Source: Octopus sinensis (taxonomy: Eukaryota). Taken from it: a stretch of 64,000 bases of DNA. Below the pieces are notes generated by a model. It worked only from the letters and a program-made list of their open reading frames with translations. It made no database searches and had not been told where the DNA came from. Both the position numbers and the translations under genes were made by a program. Location: the NCBI RefSeq assembly GCF_006345805.1, contig NC_043004.1, positions 41,230,001-41,294,000 of the forward strand. The letters run 5' to 3'. This document shows, piece after piece, positions 37,071 through 49,126 of the stretch (the first letter of the stretch is position 1; each line of letters opens with the position of its first letter).

Positions 37071-38299
37071 CCCTTTAGTGTTCATATAACACTGTTAAAT
37101 GTGGTGCTTTATTTATTCATGTTATTTTGAATTGATCATGTATCGTCTCATAGCTTTGAGATTTCATGGTGATGGCACGTAAAAAGCCCCAACCGATCGT
37201 GGCCGTTGCCAGCCTCACCTGGCACGTAAAAAGCACCCACTACACTCACGGAGTGGTTGGCGTTAGGAAGAGCATCCAGCTGTAGAAACACCGCCTGATC
37301 AGATGGGGCCTGGTGCAGCCTCCTGGCTTCCCAGACCCTGGTCGAACCGTCCAACCCATGCTAGCATGGAAAACGGACGTTAAACGATGATGATGATGAA
37401 ACACACACACACACATACTCGTAAGATTCATAAGTGCCTTGACACAAAACTCTAGGCTTTTGAGTAACTGTATGAAAAAAAAAAAAACCAATTACAGTTC
37501 TTTCTGATTCTATTCCATGCTGAATTAATTGAGATGACTGTTGAAGATGGTGGTGTTGGGGATAGTGGTGTCTGTGTGTGTGTGTGGAGGATGATAAGTG
37601 GTGGTATTGCTCTGCTGATGGTAATGGATGAGATTTTACAATGAAAGCTGAGCCCCAGCATGGCCACAGCTCATTAGCTGAAACTGGAAAATCAAAAAAA
37701 AAAAAAAAAATCAAAAAACAAACAAAAAAGCCATATTGTATGTAGATGATGGTGGTGGCGGGGTGTTGATGAGAATGACGCCGACGATTACAAGGATGAT
37801 GATGATGATGATGATGACGATGATGATGGCGATGATTACGATTCTGGATTTGTTGATGAGGATGATCACGATAATAATGGTGACGATGATTACGATGTTA
37901 ATAATGAAGACGACGATGACGATGGCGGCGACTCAGTCGTGGGTGATGGTTACGATGTCGGTAATAGTATTATTCTAAATGCTAATAAAGATTGCGGTTT
38001 TAACAAGACGATGGCGGTTGAAGCTAATGGGCTGGAGTCAATAATATTTGTCTATGCTCGGTATTTTGTTTTAGGCTCACTTCGTCTGCGTTACGTACCC
38101 ACCATTTTTCTTTTATTTATTTCGATGCCATTGTATCCCGTTACATACAACGTCCTTTTCGACCTATATAACTAGCGTTTGACCTTCATTTTGTTCGTGT
38201 ATTTACAACATTCACCCATTCTGTCTTAAATGAAAAATTTGTGTGTGTATATTATATATATAACATATATTTCAGTTACCATCATCACGGACGTTGTTT

Positions 38300-38674
38300 A
38301 TATATATATATATATTATATATGTGTGTGTGTGTGTGTGTGTATGTATATATATATTATATATATATATATCTATATATATATATGTATGTATATATATA
38401 TATATATATAGATATATATATATATATATAATATATATATATGTATGTTATATATATATATATAATATGTATGTATATATATTATATATATAATATATAT
38501 ATATGTTATATATATATATATATATATATATGTAGTATTATATATTATATATATGTATGTATAATATATATAGATATATATATATATGGTATATATATAT
38601 ATATAGATATATATATGTATGTATAATATATATAGATATATATATATATTATTATATATTATATATATATGTAT

Positions 38675-38715
<41 letters not shown>

Positions 38716-38746
38716 GTGTGTGTGTGTATGTATATGTATATATATG

Positions 38747-38778
<32 letters not shown>

Positions 38779-38815
38779 CATATATATATGTATATATGTA
38801 TATTATATATATATG

Positions 38816-38849
<34 letters not shown>

Positions 38850-38945
38850 CATATATATATGTATATATGTATAATATATATATGTATATAAATATGTATA
38901 CATATATGTATACATATATATACAAATATGTATACATATATATAC
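38300..38945. repeat. Very long interrupted (TA)n microsatellite
   Basis: Direct reading. Confidence 0.95.
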
Positions 38946-38958
38946 ACACACAAACATT

Positions 38959-39207
38959 TCCGTGATGGCAGCTAAAATGTTTGAAACAGACAGTCCTTTT
39001 TTTGTTTGACAGTTTTACCAAAACACTACAAAAATGAAAGAATACACAAAGAAAATTATATATATATATATGTATATATATGATTTTCATATATATATAC
39101 ATATATATAATTTTCTTTGTGTATTCTTTCATTTTTGTAGTGTTTTGGTAAAACTGTCAAACAAAAAAAGGACTGTCTGTTTCAAACATTTTAGCTGCCA
39201 TCACGGA
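38959..39207. repeat. Near-perfect inverted repeat (arms of about 120 bp)
   Basis: Arms are identical over the non-microsatellite part, including the T7/A7 run. Confidence 0.95.
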
Positions 39208-39968
39208 CGTGTGTGTGTGTGTTAGCAAAAACAGTCAACGAAGAATGAGGCGGTATGTGGGCGTCAAAAATACTATAAATTTCAACCAAGTCTCACTTAA
39301 ATTAAACCCCTCCCACCTTAAACTTTGAAGGAGATAAAGGATAACGTAGTCCTAGATATTATCTCTGAATAATAATAACAGCAGCAGCAGCAGCAACAAT
39401 AATAATCCTTTCTACAAAAGCATAAAACCTGAAATTTGTGTGAGGGGACCAGTACGTAACTGGTTTAATCGAACCCGAAGGGATAAAAGGTAAAGTCAAC
39501 TTCGGCGTAAATTGAACTCAGAACGTAGCGACGGACGAAATACCTCTAAGCATCTCGCCGCCTTAACAATAATAATAATAATAATGACTGTTGAAGTGGT
39601 CATGGCTGGAATGCCTCTGATCATAGGTCAACTCTCTCAGTCTCTCAGGGCTGACTTGGAATTGAGCAACGACAATATATATAAAGCTGATTTAGCACTT
39701 TCTGACGACTTCAATGAATCCCGGAAAAAGAAAGCTTTTTGTTACTTCCTTGCAAATCAATGCACTTCTGTTCTCTTCAATATTTTCCTTTGCGCATAGA
39801 TACGTAAGAACTTATAATGCACACATACACACACACAGATGCGCGCAACTTACATATACATACATAATATTTTTATATACATAAAAACATAGATATATAC
39901 ATCCACATAGATGCATACATACATCGAGATAAGGATGCCTCTAGACCTCCAGCTTGAGAGAAACTTTC

Positions 39969-40376
39969 GGATCTTTTCGGTTTGAAGGGCAGATTTTTCT
40001 AGAGGTGTCATATGAAATTGTCACCCATAATTATGACCCTAGAATCGATCTCTTGCATTTCAATCTCTTTTAGGATTAAGGTTAGTTAGGGTTAGGGGAA
40101 GGGTATCTTTTTTCTTCACAAATGTAAATAAACCCAATCTGTTTCTTAAACGAGGGACATATTCATACGGCACAGAATGCGTTTTAACTTAATAGACGTC
40201 AATGATTGGTTGAAATTGAAGAAAAAAAAACAACAAATATCTTACAAACTATAGAATTTTCTCAATAAAGCCAAGAGAAAAAGATGTTCTATAAACACAT
40301 TCTACCAGTATACGAAGTTTAAAATTTTTAGTTACCTAGAAATTGTTAAAAACTGCCGTTCAAACCGAAAAGATCC
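39969..40376. mobile_element. Merlin-like MITE (family D), opposite orientation
   Basis: Both TIRs present; no TSD recognisable. Confidence 0.8.
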
Positions 40377-40434
40377 AAGAATTGTCCTGACGACCAAACT
40401 GAAAGCACACCAACACTAGAAAATATCCACACCT

Positions 40435-40620
40435 TCAACAATAAACATTACTGGTGGAACATGCCAACATTTCAATAAAAGCAGCAATCCGGTGTAAGCA
40501 CAGGCCAGATATTGTGATCTGCGACTGGGAGCAAAAGTCATGCACTGCTATAAAGATCAGCTGCCCAATAGACGTGGATGTCTCGTCAAAAATTAGAGAA
40601 AGCGGGGTACATCTATTGAG
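40435..40620 (+). mobile_element. RLE endonuclease fragment of an R2/R4/NeSL-type retrotransposon
   Basis: YWWNMP / ISIKAAIRCKHRPDIVICDWEQKSCTAIKISCPIDVDVSSKIRE, matching the RPD-x-(E/K)xSxP RLE pattern, with one frameshift. Confidence 0.75.
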
Positions 40621-40823
40621 GAATAGTAAGAAACTCACTGCCGGCATACCAACACAAGTGTGCACCCCACTAATTTGTTTCTTTATAACTTTCAGAAAAA
40701 TGGATAGTTTTAAATGAATACTTTCTAGAAATACTTTTCAGATGGCGTAGATTACATTATATCGGAATTTAATTTGAGAAATAAAAAATGGTAGGCGTGG
40801 ATACATACATAGTGACATGCATC

Positions 40824-40958
40824 CACTAACGTGGCCCTTCCGTTTGCCGCCCCTGGGACCCACAAAAAACACATTACCTATAGCAGACCGAAAAGTGCTG
40901 CCCCCTTAAAAGTGCCGACGGGGCGGACCGCCCCTACCGCCTCCTAGCTACGCTAGTG
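40824..40958. mobile_element. 135-bp hAT-type MITE
   Basis: TIR CACTAACGTGGC / GCTACGCTAGTG; TSD CATGCATC/CATACATC. Confidence 0.75.
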
Positions 40959-41007
40959 CATACATCACACGTGTAACTACACCAGCTGAGAGATAATTCT
41001 ATTTTTT

Positions 41008-41181
41008 TCTTTTACTTTCAGTCATTCGACTGCGGCCATACTGGAGTACCATCTTTAGTCGAACAAATCGATCCCAGGACTTATTCTTTGTAAGCCTAGT
41101 ACTTATTCTATCTGGCGTTTTGCCGAACCGCTAAGTAACGGGGACGTAAACACATCAACATCGGTTGTCAAGCGATGGTGG

Positions 41182-41213
<32 letters not shown>

Positions 41214-41385
41214 GAATATAAGACGGGCTTCTTTCAGTTTCCGTCTACCAAATCCACTCACAAGGCTTTGGTCGGCTCGAGGCTATGGTAGAAGACACTT
41301 GCCCAAGGTGCCACGCAGTGGGACTGAACTCGAAACCATGTGGTTGTGAAGCAAGCTTCTTACCACACAGCCACTCCTGCGCCTA
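41008..41385 (-). mobile_element. SINE family A
   Basis: Full match. Confidence 0.85.
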
Positions 41386-42271
41386 ATTGTAGAAAATTTC
41401 ATTGTAAAATACCCACTTTTCTGAAAATTATAAGGAAACGAAATGACAGCAGACTTCAAATGTGTAGATATGCCAGCCATCTTCCAGCTCTAATATTCGT
41501 TCGTTTCTATTATCATAGGTGCACTGGACTACATAACAAATCGAGAAAGGCTAGGATTAAAAAAAAATCGAGCTAGCTGATTCGCATTCCTTAAATACAG
41601 TCGATTATAAATACAGTAAAAAATTTATAAAACATTTCACGGATTCCATATTTAAGATCTCTAGGTTAGGACAATATGCACATAATAGCATATGCATATG
41701 GAATACATACAAACACATACATAAATAGTACACACACACACATATATGCACATGCGCACACCAATTCAGATAACCACAAACCCTCAAGAGCTGACTTGAC
41801 TTGAACAAGTCTTGTTACTTTGTGACCGGCTTGAAATCCGCAAACGAAAAGCATAAATCTCAAAGAAAACCATACATTTAGATGGATACGTGAGTACATA
41901 CACATAGACTTAAACTAAGACCCGCGCACGTACATACACTCAAGTCGATAACGAGTGCAGGTCGAAGATCAAAAACTTATTGAATTTATTAAAAAACAAA
42001 TATTAACGCTAGAGATAGGAGTATTGTGTCACACGACATGTCTGGTGACGTTTAAGTAGCACCCCTCAATGAACGATGTGTGCTCATTCTTCTAGCTTAA
42101 ATAAATAACTTATATGCGACATTTTTCTTCTTTTTTTTTCTCATTTATTTTTCTTCTCTCTTCGCTATGTTGCAGTTTTCTTCAGTTTGGGATCTGTATT
42201 TTAACGTGGTTTTCTATTATATACGTATCATATACATATGTGTTATATATGCAATTACTAAAAAATCTAAA

Positions 42272-42692
42272 GGATCTTTTCGGTTTGAACGGCAGTTTTT
42301 TTCTAGCGGTATCATATGAAATTGTCACCCATAATTATAACTCTAGAATCGATCTATTGCATTTCAAACTGTTTTAGGGTTAGGGTTAGGGGTGGGGGAA
42401 GGGTATCTTTTTTTCTTCACAAACGTAAATAAACCCAATCTGTTTCTTAAACGAGGGACATATTCATACGGCACAGAATGTTTTTTTTTACCTCAATAGA
42501 CGTCAGTGATTGCTAGAAATTGCAGAAATTCAAGAAAAAAACCCAACAAATATCTTATAAACCATAGAATTTTCTCAATAAATCCAAGAGAAAAAGATGT
42601 TTTATAAACACATTCTACCAGTATACGAAGTTTAAAATTTTTTAGTTACCTAGAAATTATGTTAAAAACTGCCGTTCAAACCGAAAAGATCC
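42272..42692. mobile_element. Merlin-like MITE (family D), complete
   Basis: Perfect 8-bp TSD AATCTAAA at 42264-42271 and 42693-42700. Confidence 0.9.
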
Positions 42693-42747
42693 AATCTAAA
42701 TTTTCAATAAATATACTACATCAATATTCGAAATAAGAAAAAATAAT

Positions 42748-43115
42748 GCGACGTGGCTATGTGGTAAGAAGCTTGAATAAAACACGGTTCCGTGTTTAGT
42801 CCCACTGCAGGGCACCTTAGCCGACCAAAGCCTTGTGAGTGGATTTGGTAGACGGGAACTAAAAGAAGCCCGCCGTATATATTTGTCTGTGTGTCTTTCT
42901 GTCTGTGTTTGACCCCCTCCCCACCACCACCACCATCGTTTGACAACCAATGTTGGTTTGTTTATGTCCCCGTGACCTAGCGTTTCGGCAAAAAGACCGA
43001 TAGAATAAGTTCTAGGCTTACAAAGAATAAGTCCTGGGGGTCGATTTCTTCGATTAAAACCCTTTAAGGCGGTGCTCCGGCATGGCCGCAGTCAAATCCC
43101 TGAAACGTGTAAAAG
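42748..43115 (+). mobile_element. SINE family A (internally deleted)
   Basis: Head and tail present. Confidence 0.8.
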
Positions 43116-43129
43116 AAATTATTAACATC

Positions 43130-43480
43130 TACGATACGTTCTCCGGCTCCAAACCTTGCTGCATCGGTCGCAAACCCAGGCATCGCCGCCTGTGACGCAG
43201 AGAAGAGGACGATAAACAAATACAGGAGCCTGACCAGCCGCCGTCGTGACCTTGAGTGCACACACACACACACACACATTTCTCGGACTCCGCACTGTCG
43301 ATTTCCTCTACAAAATCGGGTTAACTGCGGCCCGTTTGAGAAACGAGCCCTGCCAGATGGGGATGGGAAAGCTGCTGCCGTTGTCCACGGTAACGTCTTT
43401 GCAATCATATCCACGAGGCGCGGCTAAACGAGCTATTTATTCTAGAGTGTACGACCCGTCGTTCCTTCACCCATTTATTT
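43130..43480. promoter_or_regulatory. CpG/GC-rich unique segment, possible promoter or first exon
   Basis: Non-repetitive, high CpG against an AT-rich background, contains (CA)n. Orientation unresolved. Confidence 0.3.
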
Positions 43481-44895
43481 CTGTTTCTTTGTTTCCTTGA
43501 AGAGGTAGTTAAGGGTTTTTTTCTCTCACGATAATTTGATCTTTTATACTTATGTTTGTTCTTTCTTTTTTATTCTGTAAAAATGTTGTTTTATAAACTG
43601 GGATCTTTTCACTTTGACCGGCAGATTTTTTTAATAATTTCTTTGTAACTAAACACTTTTAAACTTCGTATACTGGTAGAATGTGTTACATAAAACACCT
43701 TTTTCTCTTGACTTTCTTGAGAAAATTCCGTAGTTTGTAAGCTATTTGTTGTTTAATTTCTTGCATTTCGGCAATTTCAACCAATCAATGACGTCTATTG
43801 AGGTGAATACAATTTCTGTGGTTGTTTGTCAACAACAATTATTTAATTTTACCATGTAATAATGTACATGGTCTACTACGAGCCAGCGTGGAGACCCCTG
43901 TATATTCACAAGAAACAACAACCAAATCTTCCACAAATTTCGCTCTACCGTCTTAAAAGCGAAGAACACGTCGAATGTCATTTTCGACACGCTAATTGAA
44001 CTCAAACGCATGGTAACAGCTGGACTGGATATCATTATAGGTTTGCTCAATCAGAGCGTGACTGATACAGTCATCAAATTACCAGCTACACATTGACTAA
44101 AAGAAATCAACATTTTCTTATCGATCTCTCATATGAATGTACATGTCAACATCAGAATCTACTTAAGGTACAGGCAACGTGGGTGGTTGCGTACTGGTCG
44201 TTACGTACTGGAGGTACCTAGTCTTGTATTTGGATCTTCCAAATAAAAGGAGAGATTAAAATATTTATTTAAAATTTTGGCAAAAGGCCAGCAATTTCGG
44301 GAGAAGGGATACATCGATTACGTTGACCCCAGTGTTCAAATAGTACCTATTTTATCGACCCCGAAAGGAAGAAAGGCAAAATCGACTTCGGCAGAATTTG
44401 GGCTCAAAAAGTAAAGAGAGATGATAAGCATTTTGCCCGGCGTGCTTACGATTCTGCCATCTCGACGCCTTAGGGGAGATGAAAATATTGAATAAAATAA
44501 AACGCTGTGTCTAATAAATTATAATCAACACGTTATTCCTACATTTATGTTTTACTCCTTGCGAAAGTTTAAAAAAACACATTTAGAAGGGCGCCGAAGT
44601 TCAACTTTCTCGAGGAGCTAGCTACCTTAAATTCGATCTTGGTAATAATGTTTGTGTATGCTTGCGCTTACACATGCAAAACATAGTCGGACGGACGTGT
44701 GTGTTGTCTGATATGTATGTTTGTGTGCTGTATTCGGATTATTCTAAAAACCTGCATATCGACATATAACATAGTATAAAAAATAGTGTTTGTCTGCCTC
44801 AAATCACTGTGAGGCAAAGAGAAGTGTTTGGGACATGACGTCCTGCAACCATAGATAACTTCTTCGTGAGAGAAGACTCGGAGAAATTGTAAACT

Positions 44896-44918
44896 ATGTC
44901 AGAAGCATTCTTCAAAAA
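44896..44918 (+). CDS. Candidate first coding exon
   Basis: aaactATG with an upstream in-frame TAA; MSEAFFK; AA|gtaatc donor in phase with 45118. Confidence 0.25.
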
Positions 44919-45117
44919 GTAATCACGGTACAGGGAAGAACTGCAGCATAAGCGCTAATTAGACATATTCTCGTCCTACTTCTAACTACTGGTTTTTAAT
45001 TGAATTAATATGGTGAATAGGCTGTGTGTTTGTGATTGAAGTTGATTAATTATATCTGTTGTATAATTTTTATAACAGATTCTAATTAATTAAACTTGTT
45101 TTCTCTTTTCAACATAG

Positions 45118-45190
45118 CTTTAGATCAGACCGTGTAACAGTACATTCTGCGATGTTATCTAAAGTTATTAAGTGCTTGGAGGTTATGACA
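45118..45190 (+). CDS. Candidate coding exon
   Basis: Long polypyrimidine acceptor ttgttttctcttttcaacatag|, donor ACA|gtgagt, only one open frame (FRSDRVTVHSAMLSKVIKCLEVMT). Confidence 0.4.
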
Positions 45191-46359
45191 GTGAGTCTCT
45201 AGGTTTTTCAGTCGTCTGGCGACTTATACTACCTTTTATGTGTTGATACCACTGCTAAAAATAGTCTGGTGGGTTCTTATCTGTATTTATGGCTACGTTG
45301 TAATGACCCACGTAAAGAGCGTTAACCAAGTTAATATGGCGGAGTTTTCAAACTGGGATCCTACAAAAGCTAGAATAGCAGCAAAAAAATATTTTAAAAT
45401 GAAATATTTTATGAAAAAACAATTTTTTTCTTTTACAAAAAATTTAATCGTAATTTATACTGTATGAAACGTAGAATACTTAAAAAAAAAATGCAGAAAT
45501 AAATTTTTAGAAATATTTTTTTTTCCTCTTTTAATCTGAAACTCCATCGCTTTTATATTTACTAAGTTGTGACCTAGCAGAATCGATAGATTTCTAGAAA
45601 AATACTTTGCAGTATTTTTTCGGCTCTCTACCATCTAAATTCAAATCTCTTTTCGAGGTCGATGAAATAAAGTATCACTCAAGTACGGGAGATCATTGAT
45701 GTCAACTAACTCGTTTCAATCAAAATTGCTTGTCTTTTGCTTAAATCAGAAAATATTATACTTACTAAGCTTAAAAGAAACCTAATTTTCAAGACTGGCT
45801 ATTGTAATGTTTTTTTAATCCCAAACTAGCCTTAGTCGGGAAAAACTCATCAAAGGTACCCCAGCTATATTTATCTTTTTTTTTTTTGTTCTAGACGTAT
45901 TATAATGCAGTTTACCATCGTAATGAAGTGAAAGTAAATTGTTTTATAAAAATGAACGACGGACAATTTATTTAAACTACTAATCCCACAGTCACCCAAC
46001 TTTCGTCATAGCGAGCATCCATCGCCTTCTAGTCGGTGTATGGATTTGCCATACAAAATCGAGGGAATGGTTAACGCCGAGACCCCCACACGAAGCCCAC
46101 CCATCCAATATCAAGTGTTTTTGGAAATATATCCAATGCTTTATAAAGGGCCAGTGTTTCGCACGTGCGACCAGGGACGGAGTTCTTTAAGTTTGCAGCG
46201 TACCCTTAGCGAAATCCTCTCTCTCTCTCTGACATATATAACACAAATACAGACGTAGCAGATAACAGTTAACCTTCGGCCGCTTAGGCCCAGTTGTGTC
46301 CACTACTCTGATTGGTTGGTTTTGGTGCAGTTTGTCTCTTGCTTTATTTCGCGCCACTA

Positions 46360-46748
46360 TGTAACCCAACCAATCTCAACCTTCTGATAAGGTCCCGTAA
46401 CACAGTCTTCTAAATGCTCCGTTTGAGTATATAAAAGCTTCAGCGATTCACCGAATTACGTCTTTGGTTCTCACCACTGACCACAGCGCACCCCGCAATA
46501 CAGCCAATAGGCTCTGTATTTTATCTCACGCATACACCCTTGTTTGTACACACATACACATTATTGTATGCATGACGGCCTGCCTATTATTATTGCTCAT
46601 ATATTTACTTATGACGGACACACTCTGCTAGCACAAATACACATTATTGTATGCATGACGGCCTTCCTATTATTATTGTTCTTATGTACTTATGTTGCAC
46701 TCATGGACACACACTCTGCTAACATCTAAATAAAACCTTTCTCTTACA
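46360..46748 (+). mobile_element. Possible solo LTR
   Basis: TGTAAC...TTACA ends, GTATATAAAAG TATA-like site, AATAAA near the end, internal duplication of about 85 bp. TSD poor (CACTA/TTCTA). Confidence 0.35.
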
Positions 46749-46960
46749 TTCTACGGTTGTGTCTTTTCCTTATTCATTCTGGCACTTTTACTCATTCATC
46801 CATATTTTGGCTTTTCTTGTAAGGCGACCGTGCGGTGTTAAAAGGAGTCATTCATTCGTAAGGCGACCGTGCGGTGTTAAAAGGAGTCATTCATTCGTCA
46901 CCTCTTCTTTTCGCACGGTCGTTCTACAAGTTCTTTTAACAAGTGTTGGTATATGACTGG

Positions 46961-46972
46961 CGTCACTTCCGG
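46961..46972 (-). promoter_or_regulatory. Overlapping ETS-CRE motif CCGGAAGTGACG
   Basis: Exact 12-mer CGTCACTTCCGG in a CpG-rich unique context. Function not shown. Confidence 0.3.
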
Positions 46973-47559
46973 TTTTTTTAACAATTTATTTTCTGTGTTT
47001 TTTTTCGACGTAAACTGCATGTTTAACCTTTATATAAGACTATATGCAGTGTCCAATGTGTTCATTCTGTTTTTAAGTCGATAGGATGTAAATGGAAGGA
47101 AATTTGACTGTTATTTCTCGCAGAATACACGATCGCATAAGGGTTCCATTATTAGGCCTTCAGCTAAACATCATTTATACCAAAATAGACCTAGAAACAC
47201 TTAGATTACAGTCCAACTGTTAAGCCCGTAGCATCTCTCTGATCGCGTAGACCGATGATTAAAAGCTTTCCAGCCAAATCTCTTTTTTAAAAAATTCAGA
47301 TACGTTGGGTTTACAAGTAAATCATGTTATGTATCTTTTTGTTTATATTTTTTTTTAAGTCAGTAAGGTGTAAATTTGAGAATTTGGCTACTATTTCTAG
47401 CGGGTCGAACGACTGCAAAGAATCCCTCTCTTCGACTTTCCCTAGTGTTTGTCATAGAAAAATCAAACCCTTGATGTTATTTGTTGTTTAAGCACAGGCC
47501 ATTCATGACCAACTAGTCTTTTTTTTTTTGCAGGGCATTGCGTATATATATGATTACGT

Positions 47560-47845
47560 TCATAAATGTGTTCCTTGTTTTAAGGCACAGTATATTTTGA
47601 GGAATGATTTGCCCAGTATTTCTTACTTGTAGGACAACTGCTTAGACGTGCGTGTGTACCGTTGGCGATTTTCCCCTCTGTCTTCTCTTCTCTGGATCTT
47701 TCCTTCTCCTATGTTTCCGACGAAGAGCTCCGCTCGAAACGTTAACCCCCCCCTCTTTCCTTCTTTCCTGAGCGTCCAATAATACTATATTTGTTCCACG
47801 TCCTCGCGTTGTTGTTTTTTTGTGCTTTCTTGTTTGGATTAACTA
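47560..47845 (+). mobile_element. Penelope-like element 3' terminus
   Basis: Contains a minimal hammerhead-like motif and ends at a (TA)n tract. Confidence 0.55.
47717..47743 (+). ncRNA. Minimal hammerhead ribozyme-like motif
   Basis: CCGACGA-A-GAGC-TCC-GCTC-GAAAC-GTT. Confidence 0.55.
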
Positions 47846-47855
47846 TATATATATA

Positions 47856-49126
47856 AATGGCTCAAATGTGGATGTAATATATCTTGGCTTTGCAAAAGCC
47901 TTTGATAAAGTCGACCATGGTATGATCTGTCACAAACTGCGTGGTCTCGGCATAGGCGGGAAACTTGGAGAGTGGCTGCACAACTTCCTAAAAGACAGAA
48001 AACAGGCAGTTGTGAGCAATGGAGCCACCTCCAAGGAAACGCAAATAACAAGCGGTGTCCCACAGGGCACTGTCTTGGGGCCACTGATGTTCATAGTGGC
48101 CCTTTCAGACATGCCTTCAGTTGCTACGATGACCACCCTTGCTAGCTATGCAGATGACACAAAAGTCTCCCACGCAATACAAAACCCTGAAAATATTGCG
48201 CATCTGCAACATGAGCTGGACACAATATACAGGTGGGCTGAGGACAACAACATGCAGTTTAATGCAGGTAAGTTCCGGGCCCTGCGCTACTGGCACACAA
48301 AGGTAAATGACGTGAAGACTGGATACACTGGCCCAGGAAGAATTGCAATCCCTGAGTCAAAATCAGTGCGTGACCTGGGCATTGACATGAGCAATGATGC
48401 ATCTTTCCAAATGCATATTGCTAATCTGGTGATAAAATGCAAACGGCTAGCTGGATGGATTCTCCGAACTTTCAGAACAAGAGAGAAGGAGACACTGATG
48501 GTCCTATGGAAAACATTCGTCCTCAGCCGCTTGGACTACTGCTCCCAACTTTGGTCACCACACATATAAAACAAACAGCAGAACTCGAAGCAACTCAGAG
48601 AAGCTACACAAAGAAAATCGTCTCAATGCAAAATGTCAGCTACTGGGAAAGACTGAAGGTATTAAACCTCTTCTCCCTGGAGCGGAGGCGGGAGAGATAT
48701 GCAGTGATATACATCTGGAAAATCCTGGAGGGTCTTGTCCCAAACTTTGGCATTCAAAGTTACTCCAACCGCAGAACGGGGCGCCGCTGCGTGGTGCCAA
48801 GGATTCCAACATCACCATCAAAATACAGGTCCAGATACTGCAACAGCTTGGGTTTCAGAGGACCACAGCTCTTTAACATCCTCCCTAAATGCCTGAGAGA
48901 CTTACATGGTGTGGATTTCTTTAAAACTAAACTGGATCTCTTCTTGGGAGTCCCAGATGAACCTACCTCACGACAGGAGACACGGATGCGGGCAGCAGCA
49001 TCGAACTCCCTTGTTGATCAAGTGCCACGTATCAGAGGTGGATTCACAAACTAGTGTAGCTCATTCAGCGGTGGTGCCCCAGCATGGCCGCGGCCTTCGG
49101 GCTAAAACATTTTTAAGGATTTAAGG

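Noticed and set aside
2979-39225. Dozens of ORFs rich in I/Y, C/V/M, H/T, poly-R, poly-S, poly-H or poly-M
   Set aside because: They are translations of (TA)n, (TG)n, (TATG)n, (AGA)n and (CAT)n microsatellites.
39649-39803. Plus-strand exon-like segment with strong acceptor and gtaaga donor
   Set aside because: All frames are closed and the acceptor derives from an adjacent repeat. At most a non-coding exon.
46820-46840. TAAGGCGACCGTGCGGTG resembles miR-124 (TAAGGCACGCGGTG)
   Set aside because: The seed differs after 6 nt, there is an insertion, and it lies on the 5' arm whereas miR-124 is 3p.
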